The notes below the pieces were generated by a model. That model was not told the DNA's origin. It did no database searches and saw only the letters and a list, made by a program, of their open reading frames with translations. This document shows positions 53,515 through 64,000 of a DNA stretch of 64,000 bases, piece by piece (within the stretch, counting starts at the first letter, position 1; every line of letters starts with the position of its first letter). Origin of the DNA: Ignavibacteriota bacterium (lineage in GTDB: Bacteria; Bacteroidota; Ignavibacteria; UBA10030). Where the stretch lies: positions 128,001 to 192,000 of the forward strand of contig CAVSHO010000007.1 of assembly GCA_963727825.1 (NCBI GenBank). The letters run 5' to 3'. The translations under genes were made by a program, and so were the position numbers.

Positions 53515-53887
53515 TTGGTCGTTTTTACGGTTAGTGTTTTTTTGCTTTGCTTCTGCAGCCGTATTGACGTATTACCCGATTTCAGAGTTTGCAACTGCAG
53601 ATGTGATGCATAGTATTATTGCCGGCGGTGTTATGAGCCTGGCAAATTTACTGTTGGGATATTTGGCAATTGAAGCATCGTTTGAACGATCCCACACGAC
53701 TTTTTTAAAATATGTCTTAGGTGGAATGGTTGGGCGATTGATGCTCATGTGGGGAGTTTTTTTATTGCTCACATGGGTTTTCGGATTCCATGCGGCATCG
53801 CTGATGCTTACATTGCTATTTTTCTATGCGATGAATTTGGGACTAGAAATTTATTTTCTTCAGAAAAAAATATCTACAAAAAAATAG
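53504..53887 (+). CDS. ATP synthase protein I-like
   Basis: 4 TM, upstream of atpB. Confidence 0.65.
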   Translation: MKIDWSFLRLVFFCFASAAVLTYYPISEFATADVMHSIIAGGVMSLANLLLGYLAIEASFERSHTTFLKYVLGGMVGRLMLMWGVFLLLTWVFGFHAASLMLTLLFFYAMNLGLEIYFLQKKISTKK

Positions 53888-53899
53888 ATTGAGTTTATA

Positions 53900-54829
53900 G
53901 TGCTATTCGAGAATCCAAAAATAAATGAAACACTGCATCAGGTTGCTGCAGTTGTTGCTGATAGCGTTCGACATGGTATTGCACAGAGCGCTGGAGCATC
54001 AGAGCATGGAGAGGGGTTCAATTTTCAACATCTTCTAGATCATGTGAAAGACTCACATACGATCGAGTTGCCTTTCCTTCATTTTGAGTTGCCACAATTT
54101 CCACCGATTCATATTGGCGGATTCATACTTGATCTTTCGCCAACGAAACATGTTTTTTTTCTCCTGCTTTGCGCTCTTCTTCTGATTGTAGGAGCGATCT
54201 TATCTGCTCGAGCATATCGTAAAACTCTCGTCCCTCGCGGATTCGCTAGTCTCATGGAAATGCTCATAGTATTTATTCGTGACGAAGTCGTTCTTCCCAA
54301 TATGGGACCAGGAGGTATGAGGTATATTCCCTATCTATTAACGACCTTTTTCTACATACTTTTCATGAATTTGATCGGGTTGATCCCCTATGGTGCAACA
54401 CCAACTGGGAATATCATGGTCACGGCAGGATTAGCAATAGTTGCGTTTCTTATGATTCAGATTTCGGCCATACGTGCACAAGGTTTAAAGAATTACCTTT
54501 TACACCTGACAGGAGGTGTCCACTGGGGCTTGTGGATTATTATGATCCCCATAGAAATTTTAGGACTATTTACAAAACCGTTCGCACTCTGTATTCGTCT
54601 TTTTGCCAATATGAGTGCAGGTCATATTGTTATTCTATCGCTTATCGGTCTCATTTTTATGTTCCAATCGATTGCGGTAGCCCCGGTTTCAGTTTTGTTT
54701 GCATTATTCATTAATATGTTGGAGTTGTTTGTGGCTGCTTTGCAGGCATATATATTTACCATGCTCACATCAGTGTTTATGGGATTTGGAGTACAGGCAG
54801 CACATGAAAATCATGAAGGAAATCATTAG
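53900..54829 (+). CDS. atpB: F0 subunit a
   Basis: KPFALCIRLFANMSAGH, LQAYIFTML. Confidence 0.97.
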   Translation: MLFENPKINETLHQVAAVVADSVRHGIAQSAGASEHGEGFNFQHLLDHVKDSHTIELPFLHFELPQFPPIHIGGFILDLSPTKHVFFLLLCALLLIVGAILSARAYRKTLVPRGFASLMEMLIVFIRDEVVLPNMGPGGMRYIPYLLTTFFYILFMNLIGLIPYGATPTGNIMVTAGLAIVAFLMIQISAIRAQGLKNYLLHLTGGVHWGLWIIMIPIEILGLFTKPFALCIRLFANMSAGHIVILSLIGLIFMFQSIAVAPVSVLFALFINMLELFVAALQAYIFTMLTSVFMGFGVQAAHENHEGNH

Positions 54830-54884
54830 GTATTATTAGATCACGCAAATAACACATTCAATTCAATTACAGGAGAATTCTAAA

Positions 54885-55115
54885 ATGGGAATAAACGCTA
54901 TTGCACATCTCGCTGCTGGGTTAGGCGCAGGACTTATTATTCTTGGTGCATCGTATGGTATTGGTAAGCTTGCTGCAGCCACAATGGAAGCAAGTGGTCG
55001 TCAACCTGAAGTTGCCCCACAAGTTCGAACTGCCATGATTATTGCTGCGGCGCTTATCGAAGGCGTAACATTTTTTGCACTCGTCATTTGTATGGTACTC
55101 GCTGGTAAATCATAA
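54885..55115 (+). CDS. atpE: F0 subunit c
   Basis: RQPE, AALIEG. Confidence 0.97.
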   Translation: MGINAIAHLAAGLGAGLIILGASYGIGKLAAATMEASGRQPEVAPQVRTAMIIAAALIEGVTFFALVICMVLAGKS

Positions 55116-55130
55116 TTTGAGGTTGAATAT

Positions 55131-55617
55131 ATGATAGAGATTAATCCAGGTCTGATTATATGGACCATCGTGACATTTGTTTGTCTTTGCCGTTGTGTTG
55201 GCAAAGTTTGCATGGAAGCCAATACTCAAGGTACTCAGCGACCGTGAAGAAAAAATTAGGGGTGCACTCGAGGAAGCGGATCGCGCGCGTTCGCAAGCGG
55301 CAGAGATGATAAAACAGAATGAAAAGAATCTTGCCCGTGCAGAAGAAGAATATCAAAAAATGATACGCGAAGGCAAGGCATTCGCCGAAAAAATTAAGGA
55401 TGATATTGTGGTAAAAGCAAAACAGCAGGCACAGCAGGAACTAGAACGAGCAGCGGAAGAAATTCAACGCAATGTCGAAGCAGCGAAGTTACAGCTTCGG
55501 TCTGAAGTTGCCGATCTTGCTATTAAAGCAACAGAGAAAATTCTCGAAGAAACATTAGACGAGAATAGGCAAAAAAAGCTTACAGATTCCGTGATCAATA
55601 AACTTCCAAAGAACTGA
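55131..55617 (+). CDS. atpF: F0 subunit b (frameshift near 55180)
   Basis: MIEINPGLIIWTIVTF then KFAWKPIL...REEKI in another frame. Confidence 0.92.
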
Positions 55618-55623
55618 CAGATT

Positions 55624-56176
55624 ATGGCAAATCTGCGAATAGCAAATCGATACGCTGAAGCTTTGTTGACCACCGCTGAAGAATTACATATACTTAAAAA
55701 TGTAAGCGATGATCTAACGATCATTCAGCGGATCATTAAAGAGTCGCACGAGTTTCAGCTTTTCTTGAAAAGTCCTGTCATCAAGAAAGAGAAGAAACAA
55801 GCAGGTGTTCAAAGCCACTTTTAGATCGTCAGTTCAAACACTCACACTTCACTTCTTATCTTTGCTTATTGAAAAAGAGCGGGAAGATGCTCTTCTGAGT
55901 ATCATCGAAGCCTTTTTTCGATTACAGGATGAAATATTAGGAATCGTTCATGTCAACATTAAAACTGCTGCTGGATTATCACAACAGCAGACGGCACAGC
56001 TGAAACAACGATTTGAAGCTTATTCGCAGAAGAAAGTGTTAATCGACCAAAGTTTAGATAAACAATTAATTGGCGGCTTTGTTGCTCGTATCGGCGACAC
56101 AGTATTTGATGGCAGTGTGAAGCAACAGCTTGAACTTCTCCGTAAGCGTTTTGCGGAGGAATTGATTGTAATATAA
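55624..56176 (+). CDS. atpH: F1 subunit delta (frameshift near 55800)
   Basis: IANRYAEAL; LIGGFVARIGDTVFDGSV. Confidence 0.93.
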
Positions 56177-56241
56177 TGTTTGCAATTCATTTTTTAATAT
56201 AATCCAGCAGCATTTGTGCTGGAAGTACATAGAGGAAGAAA

Positions 56242-57795
56242 ATGGCAGAAGTACGACCTGATGAAGTTTCGGCAATATTACGGAAGCAGCTTTCCGGTTT
56301 TGAAAAAGAAGTAGATGTGTACGATGTCGGCACTGTTTTGCAGATAGGTGACGGCATTGCACGTATTTACGGTCTATCAAAAGTTATGGCAAGCGAGTTG
56401 GTAGAATTCCCCGGCAACGTGTTTGGTATGGCATTAAATCTCGAAGAAGATAATGTCGGGTGCGTAGTCTTTGGTGAGATTTCTCACATCAAGGAAGGCG
56501 ACACTGTGAAACGAACAGGCCGTGTTGCATCCATGCCTGTTGGCGAACAAATGCTTGGCCGCGTGATGACTCCGCTTGGACAGCCACTTGATGGCAAGGG
56601 ACCAATCAAAACGAATAAATTTCTTCCGTTGGAACGTAAAGCCCTTGGAGTAATTGCGCGAAGTCCGGTGAAAGAACCGTTACAAACTGGTCTCAAACCA
56701 GTGGACGGCATGATTCCGATTGGACGTGGGCAGCGAGAATTAATTATCGGCGACCGCCAGACTGGAAAAACTGCAATTGCGATTGATACTATTATCAATC
56801 AAAAATATACACATACTGAAAAGGCAAAGAAAGAAGGCATTAAGCCAGTCTATTGCATCTATGTTGCTATCGGTCAGAAAGGATCGACGGTTGCACAGGT
56901 AGTAGCAACATTAGAAGAAAACGGTGCGATGGAATACACAACAGTGATTCATGCATCTGCAAGTGATTCGGCACCATTGCAGTTCATCGCCCCCTATGCA
57001 GGTGCCACACTTGGAGAATATTTTCGCGATTCAAGTCGTCATGCACTTGTGATCTACGATGATCTTTCGAAGCATGCACAAGCATATCGCCAGATGTCGT
57101 TACTATTGCGCAGACCTCCGGGACGTGAAGCATATCCTGGTGATGTCTTCTATCTGCACTCACGTTTATTAGAGCGGGCATCAAAGCTTAATGATGAACT
57201 CGGTGGTGGAAGTCTCACCGCTTTACCGATAATCGAAACACAAGCAGGCGACGTTTCAGCATACATTCCAACAAACGTTATATCAATCACCGATGGTCAG
57301 ATTTATCTTGAACCCAATTTATTCAATGCTGGTGTGCGGCCTGCTATCAATGTTGGTATCTCGGTATCACGTGTCGGCGGCAATGCACAAATAAAAGCGA
57401 TGAAGCGAGTGGCAGGACGTTTGCGCCTGGATCTTGCTCAATATCGTGAATTGGAGGCGTTTGCGAAATTCGGTTCAGACCTTGATAAATCGACACAGCA
57501 AACATTACGCCGAGGATCACGCCTTGTGGAATTGCTCAAACAAGATCAATATGTTCCAATGTCCGTGGAGAAACAGGTAGCGAGTATATTCACAGGCACA
57601 AATGGATATTTGGACGAGTTGCCATTAACAGAAGTACAGCGATTTGAAAAAGAGTTTCTCGAAATGATGGAAATGAAATATACAAATGTGCTCGATGCTA
57701 TTGCAGAGACAAAAGAGCTATCAAAAGATCTTGAAACAAATCTTCATAATATCGCAAAAGAATTTGTCAAGAAATTTAAAGAGACGTTAAAATAA
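56242..57795 (+). CDS. atpA: F1 subunit alpha
   Basis: [22 protein letters not shown]. Confidence 0.99.
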   Translation: MAEVRPDEVSAILRKQLSGFEKEVDVYDVGTVLQIGDGIARIYGLSKVMASELVEFPGNVFGMALNLEEDNVGCVVFGEISHIKEGDTVKRTGRVASMPVGEQMLGRVMTPLGQPLDGKGPIKTNKFLPLERKALGVIARSPVKEPLQTGLKPVDGMIPIGRGQRELIIGDRQTGKTAIAIDTIINQKYTHTEKAKKEGIKPVYCIYVAIGQKGSTVAQVVATLEENGAMEYTTVIHASASDSAPLQFIAPYAGATLGEYFRDSSRHALVIYDDLSKHAQAYRQMSLLLRRPPGREAYPGDVFYLHSRLLERASKLNDELGGGSLTALPIIETQAGDVSAYIPTNVISITDGQIYLEPNLFNAGVRPAINVGISVSRVGGNAQIKAMKRVAGRLRLDLAQYRELEAFAKFGSDLDKSTQQTLRRGSRLVELLKQDQYVPMSVEKQVASIFTGTNGYLDELPLTEVQRFEKEFLEMMEMKYTNVLDAIAETKELSKDLETNLHNIAKEFVKKFKETLK

Positions 57796-57798
57796 TCT

Positions 57799-58700
57799 AT
57801 GGCAACGCTTCGAGAAATCCGACGCCGTGTGACAAGTGTTAAGAGCACGCAAAAAATTACTAAAGCCATGAAAATGGTTGCCGCTGCGAAGCTGCGCCGT
57901 GCGCAGGAAGCACTTATCTCGACGCGTCCCTATGCCCGCAAGATGAACGAGTTGCTTAGACATCTTGTCACTAAAGTTGATCTATCCATTCATCCATTAT
58001 TGCAAGAACGAGAAGTCAAACGAGTTGTGTTGGTAGTAGTCTCAGGTGATCGAGGGAATGTGCGGAGCATTCAACGGAAATATTGTCAAAGCCGCAATCG
58101 ATTATTTGAATACCCATTATTCAAATTTATTGAAAGAGCCAGACGGTGTCCGCATTGTTACGGTTGGGAAAAAGGCGACCGACTTCTTCTTGAAGAAAAA
58201 TTATAACCTATATGCGAAATACACAGGTTTATTTGGGAACCTTCACATTGGTCACGCAAGAACGATCATTCAACAATTGATAGACGATTACCTAACGGGT
58301 AAATTCGATAAAGTTGAAATTATATATAATGAATTTAAGTCGGTTATTCAGCAACGAATCATTGTCGAGCAGATCTTGCCGATTCCGCCAGAACAAATTC
58401 AGAAGACAAAAGATATCCATGCGCTCGCTCAAGTGGATTATATTTATGAACCGTCGAGCATTGAAATTATAAATGTGCTTGCTGCCAAAACATCTGAATT
58501 TTCTGATGTGGCATGTTTTGCTGGAATCCAGCACCGCCGAAGAAGGGGCGCGAATGACAGCGATGAACAATGCTACTGAGAATGCAAAAGAACTTATTCG
58601 TGATCTAACATTGTCTTACAACAAAGCACGGCAGGCAAGCATAACAAAGGAGTTACTTGAGATTGTCAGCGGAGCAGAAGCACTGAAAAAAGCAAGTTAA
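57799..58700 (+). CDS. atpG: F1 subunit gamma (two frameshifts, near 58057 and 58480)
   Basis: [13 protein letters not shown]; GMCGAFN; [12 protein letters not shown]...[16 protein letters not shown]. Confidence 0.95.
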
Positions 58701-58813
58701 AAGTTTTCGTTTTATCGTTCGTATGAATGACAAACGAACGATTGTTTTTAGGAAAATTTAGAAATATCTAATTCAATTAGTTTATTGAGCCATCACTTCG
58801 ACGGAGAAGAGTT

Positions 58814-60104
58814 ATGGCAGTCACGCCGCAACAGCCAAACCAACCGCGCCCAATGTCTGGGCAAGGGCAGCAACGTATTTCATTGGAACAGATCGATGTG
58901 CAAACGCTATCAAAGGATAAAATCCGTGATATGTTCCGTCAAGGTAAACTTCCAACCGCCGATCAGATTGTTGAAGAAATTCTGGTCCGAGGTGTTCAGG
59001 CGAATGCGAATGATATCCATTTTGAACCGATTGAAGGGGAGATGCAAATTCGGTTAGGGTATGAAGGAACGCTCAAACGTTTGGTCTCTCTCCCGCTTGA
59101 TATGAACGATCCTATGATTAGTGTGCTGAAATCGAAAGCAACCCTTAATCAATTTGAAAAAAAGAAACCTCAAGAAGGACGTTTCTCGGCGGTCTACGGA
59201 AATGAACCGCTTGATTTTCGAGTAAACGTGATTCCTGTGCTTTCAGGCGAACGATGTCTGGTTCGATTGTTGCGCAAGACTGCAAGTATCTCCCGAATCG
59301 AAGAACTTGGATTCAGCAAAGAAAATCTTGAGCGGCTAAGGGTATTGCTTCGCAGCCCTCAGAGGGTTGGTGTTAATCACAGGGCCATCGGGGAGCGGCA
59401 AATCGACAACAGTTTATGCCGCTGTGAACTATGTGGCGAATCCGGAAAAATGCGTGATTACTGTTGAAGATCCGGTTGAGTATCGACTGCCATATGCAAG
59501 CCAAGTGCATTTGCCTCCTGATAAGTCATTTAACTTCATTGATGCGCTCAGGGCGATCCTTCGACAGAATCCAAACATTATTATGATTGGTGAAATCCGC
59601 GATGCGGAAACCGGCATTGTTGCAGGCGAAGCTGCACTCACAGGTAATCTTGTGCTTAGTTCCATGCTTGCTGATGATGCGATTGGTGCGATTCACCGTC
59701 TCCTCAATCTTGGTGTACCAGCATATTGGCTCGCTTCAACAGTTGTTGGAGTTGTGTATCAACTTTTAATCCGTAAAATTTGTCCTAATTGCAGAGAAGA
59801 ATACTTGCTCTCGCCAGAAGAACTTCAATTAATTGGCGCTCCAATGGAATCATCCGATCTTAAACTGTTCCGTGGCCGCGGTTGTCCTAATTGCTTGGGT
59901 ACGGGTTATAAAGGTCGAATAGCAATTAGTGAAATTGTGACAATTAGCCCGAAGTTGCGGGATATGATCTTTGAAAAAGCATCGATCCTGAATATGCGAG
60001 AAGAAGCTGCCAATTTCGGCTTCCAAGGTATCCGGCAGGATGCGATTCGTAAAGCGATTACTGGCATAACAACTCTGCAAGAAATTACGCGTGTGCTTGG
60101 TTAG
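58814..60104 (+). CDS. GspE/PilB-family secretion ATPase (frameshift near 59365)
   Basis: DIHFEP, PQEGRF, GPSGSGKST, TVEDPVE, GEIRD, CPNC...CPNC, GYKGR. Confidence 0.9.
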
Positions 60105-60306
60105 AGCGTTCAAGATTAAGAATTTCTCTATGAGAAATGGTTCTATCTCTCTTTTCATAGAAATGAATATCCATAAAATAACTTCTTGATTGCCTCCCCT
60201 TTTTTCGCTATTTTTTAGTTAGTAATATGGTAGGAGTATTTAATCCTATCGTTTTTTTATGCTGAGACTGAAGATATATTACTGTGTAATTGACTGAGAA
60301 AAATGA

Positions 60307-61635
60307 ATGTTTGAAAGTCTTACTCAGAAGTTAGAAACAGCTTTTAAGAAACTTCGCGGACAAGGGAAAATAACCCCTCAAAATATTGAGGAATCCTTGC
60401 GCGAAGTGCGCAGAGCATTGCTCGATGCAGATGTAAATTATAAGGTTACAAAACAGTTCATTGAAGATGTTCAGAAAAGAGCATTAGGGCAGGAAGTGCT
60501 TGCGAGTATTACTCCAGGTCAGCTAATCATCAAAATTATTCATGAAGAGATGGTAAAGCTGCTTGGCGAATCAAAAGCGGATATTGCAACAGCTCAGGCT
60601 CCACCGACAGTCATTCTAGTGGTGGGATTGCAGGGATCAGGAAAAACAACATTCTCTGCAAAGCTGGCAAACCATTTGAAGAGCAAAGGGCGATTCCCGT
60701 TACTTGCTGCGGCAGATGTTCATCGGCCTGCGGCAATCGATCAGTTGGAGACGCTTGGGAAACAACTTCAAATTCCTGTATATGCAGAACGTGGATCTAG
60801 CGCAGTAAAGATTGCTGAAGATGCTATTAATTTTGCACGAAAAAACATCCGCGATACAGTTATCATAGATACTGCGGGACGCCTGCACGTCGATGAAGAA
60901 ATGATGAAAGAAGTAGAAGCTGTGCGTGATAAGGCACAGCCGCATGAAATTCTGTTTGTGGTTGATGCGATGACTGGACAGGATGCCGTTAATACAGCGA
61001 AAGCTTTTCATGATCGCCTGAATTTCGACGGCATTGTTTTGACAAAGCTTGATGGTGACAGTCGCGGCGGCGCGGCGCTTTCTATTCGTGTTGTGGTCCA
61101 GAAACCGATAAAGTTTATCGGTGTCGGAGAAAAATTAGACGCTCTAGAACCGTTTTATCCTGAGCGGATCGCTTCTCGAATTCTTGGTATGGGTGATATT
61201 GTAACTCTCGTCGAGAAGGCGCAAGAACATTTTGATGAAGCGAAAGCTGTCAAGTTAGAAGAAAAACTTCGGAAATCGCAATTTACGTTCGAAGACTTTC
61301 TGGATCAACTCCGTGAAATCAAAAAAATGGGTTCATTGGATCAAATGATGAGTATGATACCGGGGATGAATAAACTTCCGGCAAATACCGCGGTCGACGA
61401 GAAAAATCTCGTGCGAATAGAAGCGATCATTCAATCGATGACGGTAGAAGAACGCGTAAGGCCATCTATCATTAATGGAAACCGGAGAAAGCGTATTGCG
61501 TTAGGTAGCGGCACAACGGTGCAAGATGTCAATCGTTTGCTGAAACAGTTTGATGAAATGCAGCGGATGATGAAACGATTCAGCAAGGGAAATATGCGCC
61601 GTGCAATGCGTGGTATGCAACTCCCAATGAATTAA
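60307..61635 (+). CDS. ffh: Signal recognition particle protein
   Basis: GLQGSGKTT, DTAGR, TKLDGD, Met-rich M domain. Confidence 0.98.
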   Translation: MFESLTQKLETAFKKLRGQGKITPQNIEESLREVRRALLDADVNYKVTKQFIEDVQKRALGQEVLASITPGQLIIKIIHEEMVKLLGESKADIATAQAPPTVILVVGLQGSGKTTFSAKLANHLKSKGRFPLLAAADVHRPAAIDQLETLGKQLQIPVYAERGSSAVKIAEDAINFARKNIRDTVIIDTAGRLHVDEEMMKEVEAVRDKAQPHEILFVVDAMTGQDAVNTAKAFHDRLNFDGIVLTKLDGDSRGGAALSIRVVVQKPIKFIGVGEKLDALEPFYPERIASRILGMGDIVTLVEKAQEHFDEAKAVKLEEKLRKSQFTFEDFLDQLREIKKMGSLDQMMSMIPGMNKLPANTAVDEKNLVRIEAIIQSMTVEERVRPSIINGNRRKRIALGSGTTVQDVNRLLKQFDEMQRMMKRFSKGNMRRAMRGMQLPMN

Positions 61636-61697
61636 TCAAATAGTATGAAAACAACTATTTAATTAAAAGAATAAAGTTAAACAGAGGAGTAAAAACA

Positions 61698-62138
61698 TTG
61701 GTAAAAATTCGAATGCGAAGAGAAGGGAAAAAGCAGCATCCTATTTACAAATTAGTTGCAACGGATTCCCGCTCTCCTCGTGATGGTGGATACCTTGAAG
61801 CTCTCGGTCAGTATGATCCACATACTAACCCTATCACCTTAGTGTTGAAAGAACCGCGAATAGAATACTGGCTTAAACAAGGCGCACAACCCACTGATAC
61901 AGTGCGGTCATTGCTGAGACGGACTGGCTTCTGGCTGCGCTGGACACTTACACGCCAAGGTAAAGATGAGGCAACTGTAAATAGCGTTATGGAACGTTGG
62001 CAGATGCTTCAAGTCGACAAGCCAAAGCATGAAGCAGATCGTAAAGCAAGGCGTTCGGAGAGAAAGAAAAAAGCCGCTGCACCTCCAACGGAAGCTCCAG
62101 TTCAGGCACCAGTTGAAGCCCCTGTTGCTGCCGCATAA
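61698..62138 (+). CDS. rpsP: 30S ribosomal protein S16 (extended C-terminus)
   Basis: VKIRMRR...DSRSPRDG...GAQPTDTV. Confidence 0.97.
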   Translation: MVKIRMRREGKKQHPIYKLVATDSRSPRDGGYLEALGQYDPHTNPITLVLKEPRIEYWLKQGAQPTDTVRSLLRRTGFWLRWTLTRQGKDEATVNSVMERWQMLQVDKPKHEADRKARRSERKKKAAAPPTEAPVQAPVEAPVAAA

Positions 62139-62156
62139 GGCGATCAACGAGCATAA

Positions 62157-62367
62157 ACTCTTGTAGTACACCAAAGCGAGTTTAAGGAAAATCAGCAGGG
62201 CAGACGATGCTTAATAGTTTTTCCAGCAGACGGATTTTGATTTTTAAGCAGTTCAATAATCCATAGTTAGAGCAGAGGTGAAGCACTAACACAATTTCCA
62301 CAATCGAAATGGTTGTGAAATGGACGGGCGAAAGAATCAATCGCTGTGTTGACACAGCCATTTTCCT
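62157..62367 (+). ncRNA. Candidate structured RNA in the rpsP-khpA spacer
   Basis: AGGAAAAT/ATTTTCCT closing stem enclosing several hairpins; by-eye folding only. Confidence 0.35.
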
Positions 62368-62384
62368 GCGCATGAGGTGGAACG

Positions 62385-62615
62385 ATGAAAGAATTTCTGG
62401 AGTTTATTGTGAAACATCTGGTGGATAATCCAGAAAGCATTATCGTAGAGTTTGAAGAGAAGGAAAATACTCAAATCTTCAAGCTCAAGGTGGCAGAAGG
62501 AGATATTGGGAAGATTATTGGCAGACATGGCCAAACGGCGACCTCCCTGAGAGTGCTGTTAAAAGCAGTTGCCGCAAAAGAAGGTAAGCGAGCGGTATTG
62601 GATATTGTAGGATAA
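62385..62615 (+). CDS. khpA: KH-domain RNA-binding protein
   Basis: LVDNPE, DIGKIIGRHG; conserved position between rpsP and rimM. Confidence 0.92.
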   Translation: MKEFLEFIVKHLVDNPESIIVEFEEKENTQIFKLKVAEGDIGKIIGRHGQTATSLRVLLKAVAAKEGKRAVLDIVG

Positions 62616-62667
62616 ATATTTTTCGATTGAAATCCTTCTATTTCAATTCGGAAATCAAAGAATCTGT

Positions 62668-63174
62668 ATGGATTTGATTGCGGTCGGAAGAATTTCTAAA
62701 CCGATTGGCACTCGGGGTGAAGTAAAAATTTTGCCGTTAACACAAGACAGGCAGAGGTTTGTAAATCTGCAAGATGTGTGGATTGGGTTTGATGCGGCTA
62801 ATGTAGAATTGAAGAAGATTATGGATGTGAGAATCAATACCAAACAAGTGGTTTTTAGCTTTGATGGTATTGAAACGGTTGAAGAAGCGGAAAAAATAAA
62901 GAATTCGTTTCTTTTTGTTGCTAAAGATGATGCCGTTAAACTTCGGAATGGAAGTTACTTCATAGACGATATAATCGGATGCGAAGTCGTGACAGAAGAA
63001 CAAACGACAATTGGCAAAATAACTGATTTGTTCTCGCTTCCGATGAATGATTTATGGGTTGTTAAAAAAGATGCAAAGGAAATTCTCATTCCGGCAGTTA
63101 AAGCGATTATCCGGCATGTGGATATCAAAAATAAACGCATCACTATTCACGATATTGATGGATTACTTGACTGA
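62668..63174 (+). CDS. rimM: Ribosome maturation factor RimM
   Basis: VGRISKPIGTRGEVKI, EILIPAV. Confidence 0.95.
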   Translation: MDLIAVGRISKPIGTRGEVKILPLTQDRQRFVNLQDVWIGFDAANVELKKIMDVRINTKQVVFSFDGIETVEEAEKIKNSFLFVAKDDAVKLRNGSYFIDDIIGCEVVTEEQTTIGKITDLFSLPMNDLWVVKKDAKEILIPAVKAIIRHVDIKNKRITIHDIDGLLD

Positions 63175-63851
63175 TGCGAATTGATATCATTACAGGTTTA
63201 CCGAAGTTGTTGGAAAGTCCACTCCAAGAAAGTATCTTGAAACGGGCGCAGGAAAAAGGAATTGTAGAGATCGTTGTTCACGACCTCCGTGCTTACACAC
63301 ACGACAAGCATCATACTATTGACGATACCCCTTATGGAGGCGGCGCAGGTATGATACTGAAGCCGGAACCGTTCTTTGAATGTGTGGAAGAGCTAAAAGC
63401 ACAACGCCGGTATAATGAAATCATTTTTCTTTCGGCTGACGGTGAGTTATTTTCGCAGAAAGTTGCAACGGAACTTTCGTTAAAAAATAATTTGATGCTG
63501 CTGTGCGGACATTACAAAGGCGTCGATCAACGAGTTCGTGAAATATTAGTTACACGCGAGATTTCTATCGGTGATTATGTCCTAACCGGTGGTGAATTGG
63601 CTGCGGCAGTTGTGGTGGATGCGGTTGTGCGGCTCATTCCCGGTGTGTTGAATGATGGTGAGTCCGCATTGACAGATTCATTTCAGGATGGGTTGCTTGG
63701 ATGTCAGCAATTCACGCGACCAGCGGAATTTCGCGGATTGACTGTGCCGGATGTATTGCTATCAGGAGATCATCAGGAAATAGATCGCTGGCGGCAGGAG
63801 CAGCGTGAACGAAGAACAAAACGTCTGCGCGGCGATAGTTTTGTTTCATAA
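63174..63851 (+). CDS. trmD: tRNA (guanine37-N1)-methyltransferase
   Basis: DDTPYGGGAGM, SIGDYVLTGGE. Confidence 0.98.
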   Translation: MRIDIITGLPKLLESPLQESILKRAQEKGIVEIVVHDLRAYTHDKHHTIDDTPYGGGAGMILKPEPFFECVEELKAQRRYNEIIFLSADGELFSQKVATELSLKNNLMLLCGHYKGVDQRVREILVTREISIGDYVLTGGELAAAVVVDAVVRLIPGVLNDGESALTDSFQDGLLGCQQFTRPAEFRGLTVPDVLLSGDHQEIDRWRQEQRERRTKRLRGDSFVS

Positions 63852-63902
63852 AAATAATTGAAGATAATACACAGTGACTTGATTTAGTGGAGTAAAATAC
63901 TA

Positions 63903-64000
63903 ATGGATAAGTTGAAACTTGTTGAGGCAACTCAACTAAAAACCGATGTCCCAAAATTTAAATCCGGCGACATCGTAAATGTGCATGTGAAAGTCAAGGA
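63903..64000 (+). CDS. rplS: 50S ribosomal protein L19 (5' part, runs off the window)
   Basis: MDKLKLVE...PKFKSGDIVNVHVKVK after trmD. Confidence 0.92.
   Translation, partial: MDKLKLVEATQLKTDVPKFKSGDIVNVHVKVK

Noticed and set aside
53218-58700. ATP synthase operon lacking atpD/atpC
   Set aside because: Split atp operons are normal in this lineage group.
55131-60104. Split atpF, atpH, atpG and GspE-like ORFs as pseudogenes or programmed frameshifts
   Set aside because: Scattered single-base indels in essential genes with intact motifs are best explained by long-read consensus error; the same applies to the secretin and DUF1003-like genes.
62085-62135. 12-bp repeats at the end of rpsP
   Set aside because: Ordinary low-complexity (E/Q)APV tail of an extended S16.

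Overview
This window most likely comes from an Ignavibacteria/Bacteroidota-Chlorobi-group bacterium. It encodes a T9SS C-terminal sorting domain, its atp operon lacks atpD/atpC, and it has sigma70-like promoters and SD sites. Single-base frameshifts in essential genes (atpF, atpH, atpG) indicate indel-prone long-read consensus. Layout: (1) 1-19.2 kb is accessory, with an IS200-type TnpA, a 10 kb teneurin-like Rhs protein (16 Ig-like repeats, toxin tail, probable immunity gene), a rhomboid, a RAYT with REP doublets, and a partial secretin/PilMNOP cluster. (2) 19.5-22.3 kb holds tRNA-Cys, a decayed 5' tRNA-Leu, a T9SS repeat-protein islet and an intact tRNA-Leu(TAA). (3) 22.3-48.5 kb is a probable tRNA-Leu island ending in a 3' tRNA-Leu remnant; it carries transport/membrane genes and a defence cluster (PLD-SNF2 helicase, GxxExxY cassette, Type IIG-like RM, GIY-YIG cassette, Doc toxin). 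(4) 48.6-64 kb is largely housekeeping (rpsU, atp genes, a GspE/PilB-like ATPase, ffh-rpsP-khpA-rimM-trmD-rplS). The most unusual signal is a set of ultra-short hairpin elements (15/24/30 bp, all multiples of 3), most with a 4-nt tail. They sit in frame inside the teneurin-like gene, in the loops of larger REP hairpins, and in the T-loop of the tRNA remnant. RAYT REP copies are also translated inside the same protein, and several small nuclease genes are each bracketed by their own palindrome family.
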